Source: Ylistrum balloti (lineage: Eukaryota). Taken from it: DNA of 64,000 nt. Every line of letters begins with the position of its first letter. Position 1 is the first letter of the stretch. Positions 50,425-62,554 of the stretch are shown here, piece after piece. The stretch covers positions 62,001 to 126,000 of the forward strand of contig NW_026782216.1 in assembly GCF_031769215.1 (NCBI RefSeq), given 5' to 3'. The position numbers and the translations under genes were made by a program. Below the pieces are notes generated by a model. The model was not told the DNA's origin. It did no database searches and worked only from the letters and a program-made list of their open reading frames with translations.

Positions 50425-53400
50425 CTACATGCTATATTCCAGTAATGTAGAATATTTCGATTCTTCTCCTCCGAAGTTTGCATTCAAGGTCATCTTGTCC
50501 GCGCAACCTTTGACCTTTCCCTCCCACAGATTGCCTCCCTTGCACTCAAGCTGTGTCCACTCTTCGTTGACGACAGCCGCCACTGCTTTGGCATTCGGAA
50601 CAACCACCCGGAAGCTTACTCCAGAATTTAAAGCGTCTTTTGAAACTACTAATGGTTCATAAATATAGCAGCCTTCTTTCCACTGAGCGTACTGTTTCGG
50701 GTATGGATGGACGGCCTTTGAGATACAGGGGCAATTAAGCAGGTAATTAAAAACTCCGGGAAGAGTTTTGCTCTCGTCAGTAACCGGAAGGGCGTAAATT
50801 TGAAGCTTGTAGAATCCGGGTTCCGGTATTTGGACCAGGAAGCTGACAATTTCCCCTTGTGTCTGCGTGAAGATGTTCTCTGTGTGTTCCTTGAGGGTGG
50901 CCACCTGGATAAGATTTCCGGTCACTTTCACAAGCCGGTCCATCTTAAACTGGATTTCAACCTACCAAAACAAAAATAAGTAGAACATTTTTACACCAAA
51001 GAATAGAGTGTAAAAGGTTGCAATATTGAAAGATTGATTTATATTCTCAATTTTGTAGTTAATAGAAATAAATATAAAATAAAAGTACTTTAATCTTAAA
51101 GCCTCTAAAATCCAGTTAGCAGTGACAAGTTTTACACATCGGGCCCATAGCAGTATTGCCAAATCTTAGATGAACCGTAACAGCTGTATGGTAAAACTTA
51201 AGTTAAACATTTTGGCATTTATTGTATCTGAAATAGGATTAGTATTGAGTAGTGATATTCATTTGTTTACATTTTGTACAATACTTCGTTTCTTCTTGGC
51301 AGAAATTACATTGCCATTTTGGCACCGACATATTCACTAGATATACAACTGTAGATACTTTACTCCGATTTTAGCTCATAAAGCTATAAGATACTACTAA
51401 CAAAACGAAACAAAACCTTGGTATTCAAACAAACGACAATTTTACAGCTTGTTTAGGTTTACAAATAAATTCCTGTTGAGCAGTGAAATCATGCAATTAT
51501 ATATGAGTTATATGTGCCATTTGAAGTCGGCAGACATCTTACAAATAAGATCAGCTTCACACCTCCGTCTTATTTTGGCCTGTTTCATTCTCTCTTACAA
51601 TATATACACATTATCTCTATCACGCTACTGCTCATTCGTCTTCATCTAGTTCCATCCCTCTCCTCATTTCCACTCTCCTTCTCCCATCCCTCCCCTGTTT
51701 ATCACCTCCACCCGACAACCGGCATGTTCCGCCAACAAAGATGTGCTGCCAAGAACATATTTATCACTGTCAACATTTCTAACGGCAGACAGTTCCTTTT
51801 TGTGAGCGAGATAAGAATAACGGAAGTAACAACATTGATGTCATTTCACATACATACCGAAAAAATCGGATCACAGATATTCTATGATAAACATCTTTTG
51901 TAATTAAGATTGTAAAACATAAACTTTATATATTTCACAACAATAGCAAGAAACAAGCAGTTGGCTTATATTGATCACTCTTATTTGTACGAATGGAAGC
52001 GCGTGAGGGTTCTAGCTGTGGGAAGAGACCGGAAACTCCAGTCAAAATCCACGTGGCCGGACAAGTAATTAAATACTATTCCACGTTCATTTGGGGAATT
52101 GAACCTTGGTCGCTTAAATGAGAGACGAGTCCGTTCCAACACCAAGAATCGTGCGTAGAATAGAGGCAGGTAAACTCAAAAGGAAATAATCATCATGATT
52201 TCGGTCAGTTTGCAGGTTTTACAAAAGAGAAAGTAATTAGGAACCTGTCAACTAATTATTTGTACTTGTACACAGACTAGAAATCATCACAATTAAAATA
52301 TGGTAAAGAAGCACAGTGCAAAAGTCATTCCACCAAAGTGACCAGGGTTCGATTCCTGATCGAGCGATGATTTGAAAATAGAAGAATAGAAATACATTTA
52401 CGTCATTAATTGACATCAGAAACACTGCTTTAAAATTGATTGTTTATTTATTTATTGGAAACGAAAATGTTGGATGTCAGAATACTATATTTAATAGTAA
52501 TTTACCCGCTGTGTATAGATGTCAGGATACTACACGCAACAGTAATTTACCTGCTGTGTATAATATCCTTGTTTTCTTTTCTTCAGAGATAAAATCTCTC
52601 AAAACGAGCGAGCTCTTATAACTGATTCCAGGAGATAAACTTTGTATTTGAATTGCCTGTTTAAAGGTGTTTGACTGTTTTAAGATTGAACATGGTGCTT
52701 ATCCACTTAGCCCTTAATTGTGTGTCTGTATGAGTGCTAATGAATCCAACTCAGTTCAGAGAGAAACAGGATATCTAAATAGGATCGCGAACATACGACT
52801 CACGCAGGTAAATGTATATATTAAATACAATCTTTGATAAATTAATTTTGAATAAACCACAAAGGCACAAAACACATTAGGCAATACAGCCGTTTGATTC
52901 GTACCAAATACCTCCCAACGTGATCGTACCAACGACACCGCGGCACTTCTTATCGTTTGTGTTTAGGACGTGTAATGGACGTGCAAACACACAAGCATAT
53001 CCAAACAATCTGCATGGCCGTGAACTAACGCTGAAAATGGTGATAAATCGCACTTTAACTCACTCGCACTTACAAACTGAATGCATGTCCCGTCATTAGA
53101 TATGTGTTTTTTTTTTAAATTCAAAATGATTTTCGAAATTATCAAAACGTTGAAGTTTTAAAACACTGAAGTAGAGTCATATCACGAATAAAGATATATA
53201 CACATTTTTTTTATCTCATGGGCTTAATCCGAACTTCTGAAAACAAAAACATGTATAAGAAAAAAAACCCATCAGTAGCAGGACCCAAAGCCCCTGGGCG
53301 TGCTTTATCTCCCTATCAGCTTTCCCTAATGTACATTTTTGTAATTTATTACACCTGTCTGGGTGTTTATAAAACTTTTACGAGCGTTTTACACACACGA

Positions 53401-56400
53401 ACAGACTTAGCACTGTCATTGGTTCTCATCGTCTGCTGATAAGCTATAATTCTTGTTTTGTCTTAAAAAGTTACAAATAATTTTCCTCTCGATATGTTGC
53501 TTTGATTTGTTTGTGTATTTTGTCTCAAAATAATAAAGGCATTTAATTAAGATCGGGTTGCAGCGCCATTTTCACAAAATGAAAGTTATAGAAATAAAAA
53601 CGTTACAAAATTTATAAAAGTACGATTGATTATGTTCTTTATGTGATCGTTTTGTTCAAATGTTTGATTTTGCCGAATTTATTCAAACGTGTACATGTCA
53701 TCTTTAGCGATGGTGATTTGTCGTGCTCAACACTACCAGAATGCATTGCGACTACCTCCGTCACAACAACAAACAGAATATAAATGATGACAGGAAACTG
53801 TACAGTCCTCTGAAGGATATCCTTAATGGCATTTCTGAAATTCCATAGAATATGACTGACCACACACGGGGTCAAACACCCGTCTAGTATACACTACTTA
53901 TCTGAGCGTGAGGGTTGTGTCTACTAACAGCACTGACCACAAGATAAACACTGATATCGACCACTGTGATAAGGGAGACAGGATCGATCGGTTTTACATC
54001 TAACGCTTTAATTTAAGTCGAAACCGATGATTCATATGTGAAATTTGGCCCGATTAATTTTACAGATTGAATACACAAGTTTACTTTGACGTTCCGCCCT
54101 GATAAGGTAAAGCCGATGTGTGCTAACATAAAGGACGTCTCTTTGTAAAGGTTGGATAGAGGGTACCTGACGTCGTATTCTCGTTTGATCACGTGCGTCA
54201 TGACGTTGTTTGCTTTTTTAACGAGATTTCCTTTAAAGTTTTGTCCACACAAATATATAGTAACATACATTTCTAAAAATAGATCACAAAAGACACCAAA
54301 GACATAATTACGTGAAATGGAAGATATATTGAACTATCTCTAGTGTAATTTAACTTCCTAAGGTTATATCTAAGAAACTTATAGAATCGTCTTTATATCA
54401 TGGTTCATTTAATTGTGCATTCAGGCATGTATTCTTTAAAATGTGTAATGTCTTGTACGATGGCTAGAGGAAACTTGGGTTAAGATCAAATTTGAAAACC
54501 ATGGAACCAAGAGCGCGCTTGTTGCCTTCAATATTCTGTAGTCAGCAGAATAAAAAATACGAAAGGTTGTCCGGTTGCATGGGAGGAGTGGGGGGTGGGG
54601 GTTGTGTTAGGGAGAGGAGGGACATTGTGTGCTATCAAAATGCAATAAATGCCTTCAATATTATTGCACCAACGACATAAAATATTCTAAAATGCAGCGA
54701 TTGTGTCTGGGGATGCCGTTTTGTATATGTCTACTTGGTCACAAGCCGCATACCTTGTTTGGGGATCGCTTGGGAAACATGATTCGATGGCATGAGTCAT
54801 GGTAGGCACTTTTCATTTCATTCTTTTATGTGGGTCTATGTTGAAATGATACCAAAATCATAAAACAAACACCAAGGTTCTTTTTAGATTTAGTTTTAAC
54901 TAATGTTTATTTCCCTTAGGGAGAACTTAGCGTGTCTGGTTAGGATATATATTGGAAACTGAAAACAAGATGCTGATTTCAGAAAAAAATTATCACCGTT
55001 TAAATTTTTGTGGATGTTGTTTTTAGCTTTAAAATGTCTTATTTCACGTCCTTGTCGAATTCGAGTGTCTATCGACATCTTCGGATGATTTGAAACTTAC
55101 ACAATGCTAACACTGTAGGTAGAACAAGATACAAAACCGCCATAGAATTCCATTCAATTATCATAGCTTTGATAAAACGCAGATTAAAGTCAAATAAATG
55201 AGATAAGACTCGTCATACCCTTCCACACCACACACACAAACATGCATCAGGGCCGAGGAAAATGGCATATACACGTGTTTTAAGACACGGATTTAATAGA
55301 AGATTCGAAATCTCAAACAGACAGAAACTGTGACGTCATAGATAACTTGTACAGCAATACAACAAAGCTAGTATTATCTCATATAAAAGCGAAATAAATT
55401 TTGAGACAGTTTTATCTAGAATTTGAAACCGTATTTCATAAGGGAGGAACTACAAACTACAGGGGAGCAAGTGTCATATCCTACAGATTTTCTTATATAT
55501 AACACACAGGATATTTGTTTGTAATCTAAATAAACGGGAACCTTCATGGGGAGATAACAATTATATTACGGGGTGTGAACAGGTTAAATTTATTAATAGT
55601 ATTGAAGTTGATAGTATGATGGAAAACTATATAAAATTGCAGATTTAAGCATGTTAAATAATTCTGAAACAATGACTTAAAAAGCATGGGGGCGCACGAA
55701 GGTCACTGTTGAAAATCCAAGTGGTCAGAGATGAAAGTTCTTACTTTTTCATCCTCGATCGGTAAAAGCCGGTGTGTTACGCTGTGCAATCTGGCGAAAA
55801 TACCAAAAAGGTTCTTGAAACGAAGCCACTAGCAAACATCAGTTAAAGATCGTCTAATCACTTGTGACCTTGATACACTATCTTTCTTCTAAATGGTCTC
55901 ATATAATCACCTTATATTAAGTCTGGCTGAAACTGATAATCCGAGTTACCAATAAAGCATACACGTGTGATTGGGCTGTCGTAAGTCTTGGTTCAGTTTT
56001 CTCTGCATAACCTTGTTTTAGCACGTAAAAAAACTAATTTCAAAACTAGCAGTGAATGGTCCATACACCTGATCGTATAATACTCCTCTATCATAGATTG
56101 CGGGTAAATATACCTTAATGTTAATCCAAAATAAGCTTTTTATGTCCGATTTTTCGTTCGTTTGAATTGAACAGCCGTTTGAATGGAGTCCCCTTCTGAA
56201 TAGTTTGTCATTAGGATGAGTAAACTAAAGCGAGTTATTTTTTACAACCAATTTCACTTCTGCCTGACAACTTTATACAAGGACATGCGATCATCATACT
56301 TAAAGATTCAATGAGAAATATATAACTCATAATAAGTCCATTCTTTGGGAAATCTAGATATTTTTTTCACAATTAGAACTCATATGGAACGCATACGAGG

Positions 56401-59400
56401 AATTCCGAGTAACTGTCAATGTCAAATGCTGCACGTGTTTTTACCCCGACTGTGAGCTCTTCCGTAAGCCAACAGCTCCGTAGCTATACAGTAAGTTTCG
56501 GCAATAACCGAGTGCATCTCAAATTAATTATAGACAATAAAATGATGGAGAGGATCGGCAGCAGGCGGTGATCGCCGTAATCCGTTTATACAAAGCAATT
56601 AGGAAACAGCTCATTTCTTGGCAGAACAAGTAAACATTTGAAGACATGTTTACAAGGTGTCTGTTTTTCTCAGAGAGTTTCTTATGAGATGCTACATTCC
56701 ATCTATAAATGGCACGTGGAACTACTTCAGATAACTCAAGGTCGCCAAGTAACGTGGTTTGATTTAAACATGTAACATTGCTTCAGTGGACGAGAAACAA
56801 GTTCTTATAGTTTACAGAATCTTTTCCGTAAATGCAAATAATATACATTCGTGTAAAATTACGGAATTAACATTAAAAGTTTGACTGGCAAATGGTTAAA
56901 TTGATCTATACAAAAAGAAGCATTTATATTGTTCCGCGTGGAAAGCATACAGTGGCAAGAAATTGTTGAACATGAAATTTTATACAGTTATTAAATATAC
57001 TTTGAATATACTTGTCAACTTAATATATACAAGGAAGGATTCTGCAACCAACAGAATTCAAATGAACAACGTTATTCAAATCGGAAATTTTGTTTTATAT
57101 ATAGCTTCACACACGTAAATACATTCCCCGTGTTTGGGAAAGCAACGAGAAGAGACTGGCTATGCAATTTTCCGGCAGAGTAAACCCTCACCAGGAACGG
57201 ACACATTGTGTTTCCCCAAAGTGGTCTACCATGCAAACAACAGTTTACGTTACTTCCTGAAACATGCGCTGCACCATTAACGGCGCCACCTACAGACTTC
57301 CGCTATCCGTGTGTATTCCTGACAGCAATATGGTTTTCTGTTAAAGACACATCACTAGTCCAGTAATTTGTTTTAAAAAATAAGATTTTTTACGGACACA
57401 AATACCAAACGACTCAGAGCAGTTTTCTCAGTTGAGTTTACTACAAATACAAATTTGCGTTGGACAGAAAAAGTGAAGTTCTAATGTATAAATTGAAGAA
57501 AGATTGGCTGTACAATGTTTATAGAGTTAACCTTTTCAGTTATTCGTCTGTCTATGCTATCGTATCCATTCAGTTGGCAGGTATCTCTCAAATGAAAGAA
57601 TCTGGCGTATTTTTACAGAACATTAAACAGCGATCATATACAGAAGATCTACTTTGGCACATTTTTTTCGGAAACACTATACCGAATGGTGAAAACAATT
57701 TTTGTTTTTCGAAGCTCAGTATATGTATCTGCATAGCAAGAACGGAATGCCAACACAACCTTAGACTACAACATATTAATCCAACAGAAGTTTATCCTGA
57801 ATATATTCGTCGAAATATCGAGGGATATTTGAATATTGTTACACGACAGAAAAATGTAGCAATGTTTGTAGCGATTGCTTGTTATATTAAGTTTGAAGCG
57901 GTAACGTGGTTATACTTAGTTTTTAGGGGTAATGAGGATATATGTAGTGTGTAGAGGTAACGAGGTTATATTTAGTTTGAAGCGGTAACGTGGTTATACT
58001 TAGTTTTTAGGGGTAATGAGGATATATGTAGTGTGTAGAGGTAACGAGGTTATATTTAGTTTGAAGCGGTAACGTGGTTATACTTAGTTTTTAGGGGTAA
58101 TGAGGATATATGTAGTGTGTAGAGGTAACGAGGTTATATTTAGTTTGAAGCGGTTACGTGGTTATACTTAGTTTTTAGGGGTAATGAGGATATATGTAGT
58201 GTGTAGAGGTAACGAGGTTATATTAAGTTTGAAGCGGTTACGTGGTTATACTTAGTTTTTAGGGGTAATGAGGATATATGTAGTGTGTAGAGGTAACGAG
58301 GTTATATTTAGTTTAAAGCGGTCAGGTGGTTTTATTGAGTTTGTAGCGGTCATGTGGTTATACTTAGTTTGTACGGGTAGTGTGGTTAAGTTAGTTTGTA
58401 GCGGTAACGTTGTTATGTTAAATTATCACCGGTAACGTGGTTATGTTTAATTTGTAGTGATAACGTGGTTATGTTTATTTTCTAAATTTACCTTAGTTTG
58501 TAGCAGCAACAATGATAGCGGTAACCTGGCTGTGTGTAGTTTGTAGCAGTAACACGAATGACCGTATAGGTGTATAAGTTACAATTTGTATGAAAGTTGC
58601 TATAGTTATTAAATGCACTCGTGGCGCTCGCTGCCCCGGAACGTTGGCACCTTTTCATTGTTGAAAACAAGATAAAAATCGGCAATGTCAGCTACACACC
58701 ACGCGTATACATGTGATTGTTTCATTACACATTATGATGTGTTATTACTATAAATAGTACCACGCACGGAAGAAACGCAAAACAGACACATTCTGCAGTT
58801 ATATATAAGTATGGTTATTTCTTTAATCTTTAGTCATCTTTTATCAAGTCTGATATGTAGACATCTTAAGAGTTTTCAGCTGAATGATGGCTGGGATACG
58901 TATGCTAATAGCATGATAATTAAATGAAAGATTGGCAATGGTAATTTATCTATTAAATGACAAAGGGTCTGTATCTTTTGGTCCTTTTCGTATCTTTACG
59001 CAACCTTCAACAAGTATTCATAAATGATGTGTGGATGTTCATAGTGCAAAAGTATAACATTAAAAGAAATATATGTAACATATTTATATAACTACAAACT
59101 CCAGATTGGTGGATATGACGATAATTTAATATAAAATAGTCGTGGGATTGGCTGGTGATAAAATGATACGGAATGAAAATTAGTTACTGTTTATGAGGGA
59201 AGTTTTATACTCTTTTCATGATAAGTTAATTAGAAAATCTTGTGGAAACTGCAGCTTTATCATTCTAGTTCAGCGTAACCTGCCATAAAGTCTGTGTGTA
59301 TGCACTCGTTTGACTATAACATTTATATTAAAATGGAAGTCAGAAATACGATTATACTAATATACTTTAAAACCACTATCGTGGTATCTATAACTCAATC

Positions 59401-60190
59401 GTAAAAAGCTACAGAACATACGCAGAAATGACAGAATCATGCAAAATAACTTTCCAGAATGTCCATGTACATCTGATAGCAAATAACCATATCCTACAGG
59501 GTATTATGATACCCGTAAGGGGAGATAACTTAGTATCTCAGTGTTAGATAGTGTTAGTGTTACATGAATTAGTGTAGCAATACTGAATAATAATAGTTCA
59601 CCGAAAGGGTTTTTCTTTATGTTCTACGTGCTGTCGACGACTTGGTCTCTATAAAGAGGTATCGCTATCGCGCGGGGTTATCGACGGCTATAAAGAGATA
59701 ATATCATTGCACGGTCCTATCGACGACTATGTGACTATAAAGAGGTATCATTATCGCCCGGTCCAATTGACCACTAGGTCACTCTAAAAAGGTATCATTA
59801 TCACTCGGTCCTATTAACGTCTTGGTCACTATAAAGAGGTATCATTATTGCCCGGTCCAATTGACCACTAGGTCACTATAAAAAGGTATCATTATCGCCC
59901 GGTCCTATCGACCACTAGGTCACTATAAAAAGGTATTATCGCCCGGTCCTATCGACCACTAGGTCACTATAAAAAGGTTTCATTATCGCCCGGTCCTATC
60001 GACGACTAGGTCACTATAAAGATGTTTCACCGTCGCTCGGTCAAATTGACTACTTAAAAATCATACAGAGGCTTACCTCATTTCCAGTCAGCATAACATC
60101 CGGATCCTTGTGGCTGTGGGTGCTTAGTCCAAATTCTCCGAACTTGGGTTGGGCTCCCAGGTAACCCCTTGGTAGATCAGGTTTGGCCAT
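50425..60190 (-). CDS. Stand-alone KY/hillarin (kyphoscoliosis peptidase family) C-terminal Ig-like module protein, 2 exons, 216 aa
   Basis: Exon 60077-60190 (AAGAAAATGGCC; MAKPDLPRGYLGAQPKFGEFGLSTHSHKDPDVMLTGNE, donor GAG|GTAAGC, phase 0) joins exon 50425-50961 (acceptor TTTTGGTAG|GTT; VEIQF...FLVQIPEPGFYKLQIYALP...VFNYLLNC...PYPKQYAQW...FRVVVPNAKAVA...WEGKV...YSTLLEYSM*). These motifs are typical of hillarin/KY C-terminal repeats. The 3' exon is secure; first-exon status of the 5' exon is inferred. Confidence 0.8.
51990..52150 (-). mobile_element. Older diverged copy of the same V-SINE family
   Basis: GAATGGAAGCGCGTGAGGG...GGGAAGAGACCGGAAACTCCAGTCAAAATCCACGTGGCCGGACAAGT...GGGGAATTGAACC is a diverged reverse complement of the 43547-43797 element. 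Confidence 0.7.
57888..58520. repeat. 84-bp higher-order repeat (3 x 28-bp monomers)
   Basis: Period 57961 to 58045. Monomers GTAACGTGGTTATACTTAGTTTTTAGGG / GTAATGAGGATATATGTAGTGTGTAGAG / GTAACGAGGTTATATTTAGTTTGAAGCG, about 5 HOR copies followed by degenerate 28-mers. Confidence 0.92.
59625..60050. repeat. About 47-bp minisatellite, about 9 copies
   Basis: Unit TCGCCCGGTCCTATCGACCACTAGGTCACTATAAAAAGGTATCATTA. Ends about 25 bp from the donor of the KY-like exon. Confidence 0.9.
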
Positions 60191-60264
60191 TTTCTTAACT
60201 TTCTTTTCGAAAATCACCCAAAAATACTTTACAATGTAAAACGCTATCAAGCGCTCCGAAAGTC

Positions 60265-60294
60265 GGATGACAGATTTCAGTTAGTAGGTATATA
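60265..60294 (-). promoter_or_regulatory. Putative TATA/initiator of the KY-module gene
   Basis: TATATA at 60289-94, followed about 26 nt downstream on the - strand by TCATCC, about 80 nt upstream of the ATG at 60190. Confidence 0.4.
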
Positions 60295-62554
60295 CAGCCG
60301 GCCGATGTTTGATGGAATGACCAACACAGAGTATGAACTTAGGTATATAGAATACACAAATGAAATATTGGATTTTAAATCTGCAGCCCAGAGCGAGGTT
60401 GACCAATCAGATTCAGTGATGATACAACAGGCACCTGAGCTTGTTAAACTTTCACAATCGAGTTATATCGCTGGTATATAATGATACGTAGATATATTCT
60501 TATCTATGTTATGATTAAATCTTTCACCTGCACACGTGATAGAGAATCTCTACATTAAAATGAAGGTCTGACTATGTATGTTTTCTGTCCTGCTGTCAGC
60601 AAATTGATAAACATCTATAAATGCTACAGATGCTGTTCTCTGCTCGTGCAACGTACGTGTACATAACAGCGGACGGCGAGCCTCAGGGACGGCTGAAAGG
60701 GGAAATGGCATATACAGAAAGATATTTGCTGTTGGCACTCTGTGATTCTGAGGCGTGTAATTTCAGTTTCATTATCATGGCGTTCTCCCGTCCATAAATA
60801 ACACCGTTTTTACCCAAGACAAATGTTTGACGGCAGGTTCAAGATCATTTAAAACACGTACTTCGCTGTGTTCCTATCTTTACCGTTAGCTTAATAGTAC
60901 ATAAATGTTTCATTTGAATGGTTGACGCCTTTTTCTTCCCTTATAAAAAACCGTATCATAATGACTGTCTGTATCTGTTTTTTGTATTGCTGATACTGGC
61001 TCGATGCTAAACCTTTAATCCCTGAAAATCATACATTCCGTATCAAACAGTCACATATATGCTGATATTAGCATTTCTTGTTCGGTGTGTTTCAACAGTT
61101 CGTTCTCGAAACCGTATTGTTAATCGTTTTTGTGATCATTGCATAATAAATGTGAGAAAAAGGAGACTTTTAATCATTTTCAATCATTGTTTTGCATTCA
61201 GACATTTTGCGTACCATGCAACCAAATTACCGACGAAATCACATAATTTAAATTCAAACGCAAAGTCGATAAAACAAGGGCAAAATATGAACAAAAAAAT
61301 TTACAGATTCAAGAAACTCTTGAAAAAGTACAAATGAAGGGAAAAATCCAGGTGCCCCGGTAAGCGTCTTCTGCTTTGTCTACAAAACCTAACATGTAAA
61401 TCTTGGTCAATTCGAATGATGCATCCTGTATGCTATGTAATGGGTTTGATTTTACACACAGGGACGATTACGAGGAGTACGTTATCCATATAAAATTAAC
61501 AACCAAACCTGTGATTACCAATAAATCTGTCGAGAAGATGCGATTTTCTCGAACTTTGACGGAATTACTTATCTGAGATATTGCAATGTCTTCATTTCAC
61601 ATATCACATTTCACTGTCATCTTTACCTTCAGGCAAGGTCGATTAAAGTCTTCCGAATAAATGAGAAACAGACGACCAATTGTGACGTCAGCATCAAGGT
61701 CCATTTATCTATGACGTCGACCTAGTTCCAAAGACATAAAAAAAAAATATAACGCGTTAATTTGCTTAAGAGTGATAATGCGCCAAAATCTGACCGCGTC
61801 AAAATAATTACATTAATAGTGGTACATGCTCGCAACAAATGCGACTCCAATAGACATATCAGCTACAAACACTCAGGAACCCCCTCCCCCGGCCCCCAAC
61901 CTACGCTCCAGAATAAATAAAAGGAAATTGGGAGGACAACTCTTTTAGTCTTAATTTAACTTTCTCATCCATATTTTTCACTGCAAAATGGTTTAGAATT
62001 ACAAGAAATTGAAAATACTTAAGATAATGAATATCGGTCCACAATAAGATTTTACTTTCCGCTCCTGCATGTGCCGAGCCTGACGATCACTCCTCTAAAA
62101 GTACCCATGATTACTGTTTTCAGTGATGTCGAAGAGCAATACCTTGCTGATTTTGTGACCAACAAACTTCTGGAAACCTGATTGTGAAATGTACATAAGG
62201 ATTTTAATTACTACTTTCCGTGATTTTAATTACTACGAAATGAAATTATGTAATACTAATACCACGTCTAGCACAGGTTCCGTTATCTACGCGTAACTAC
62301 GCTGGAGGAGACGGTTAAGTACATAGTCAAAACATATAATGACATGGATCCAGTATAGCAGTGATATGATTGTCAACACATTCTTACTGCCCTACAATAG
62401 TCTTATGTTTACCCCCTCTCTCCTTCACGAAATGAAATTATGTAATACTAATACCCCTCACCTCCTCCGCGCAACTAGTCGGTTAAGTACATAGTCAAAA
62501 CATATAATTATCCCTCTATGATTGTCAACTCCCTACTGCCCGCATAGTCTTACT

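Noticed and set aside
57460-57954. 164-aa + strand ORF (also 51514-51903)
   Set aside because: No ATG-led domain-like content, intronic, and 57460-57954 runs into the 84-bp repeat.
54273-58757. MEF2-like CTAAAAATAG (54273) and CTATAAATAG (58748)
   Set aside because: Would fit a muscle gene, but such AT-rich 10-mers are expected at roughly this frequency by chance.
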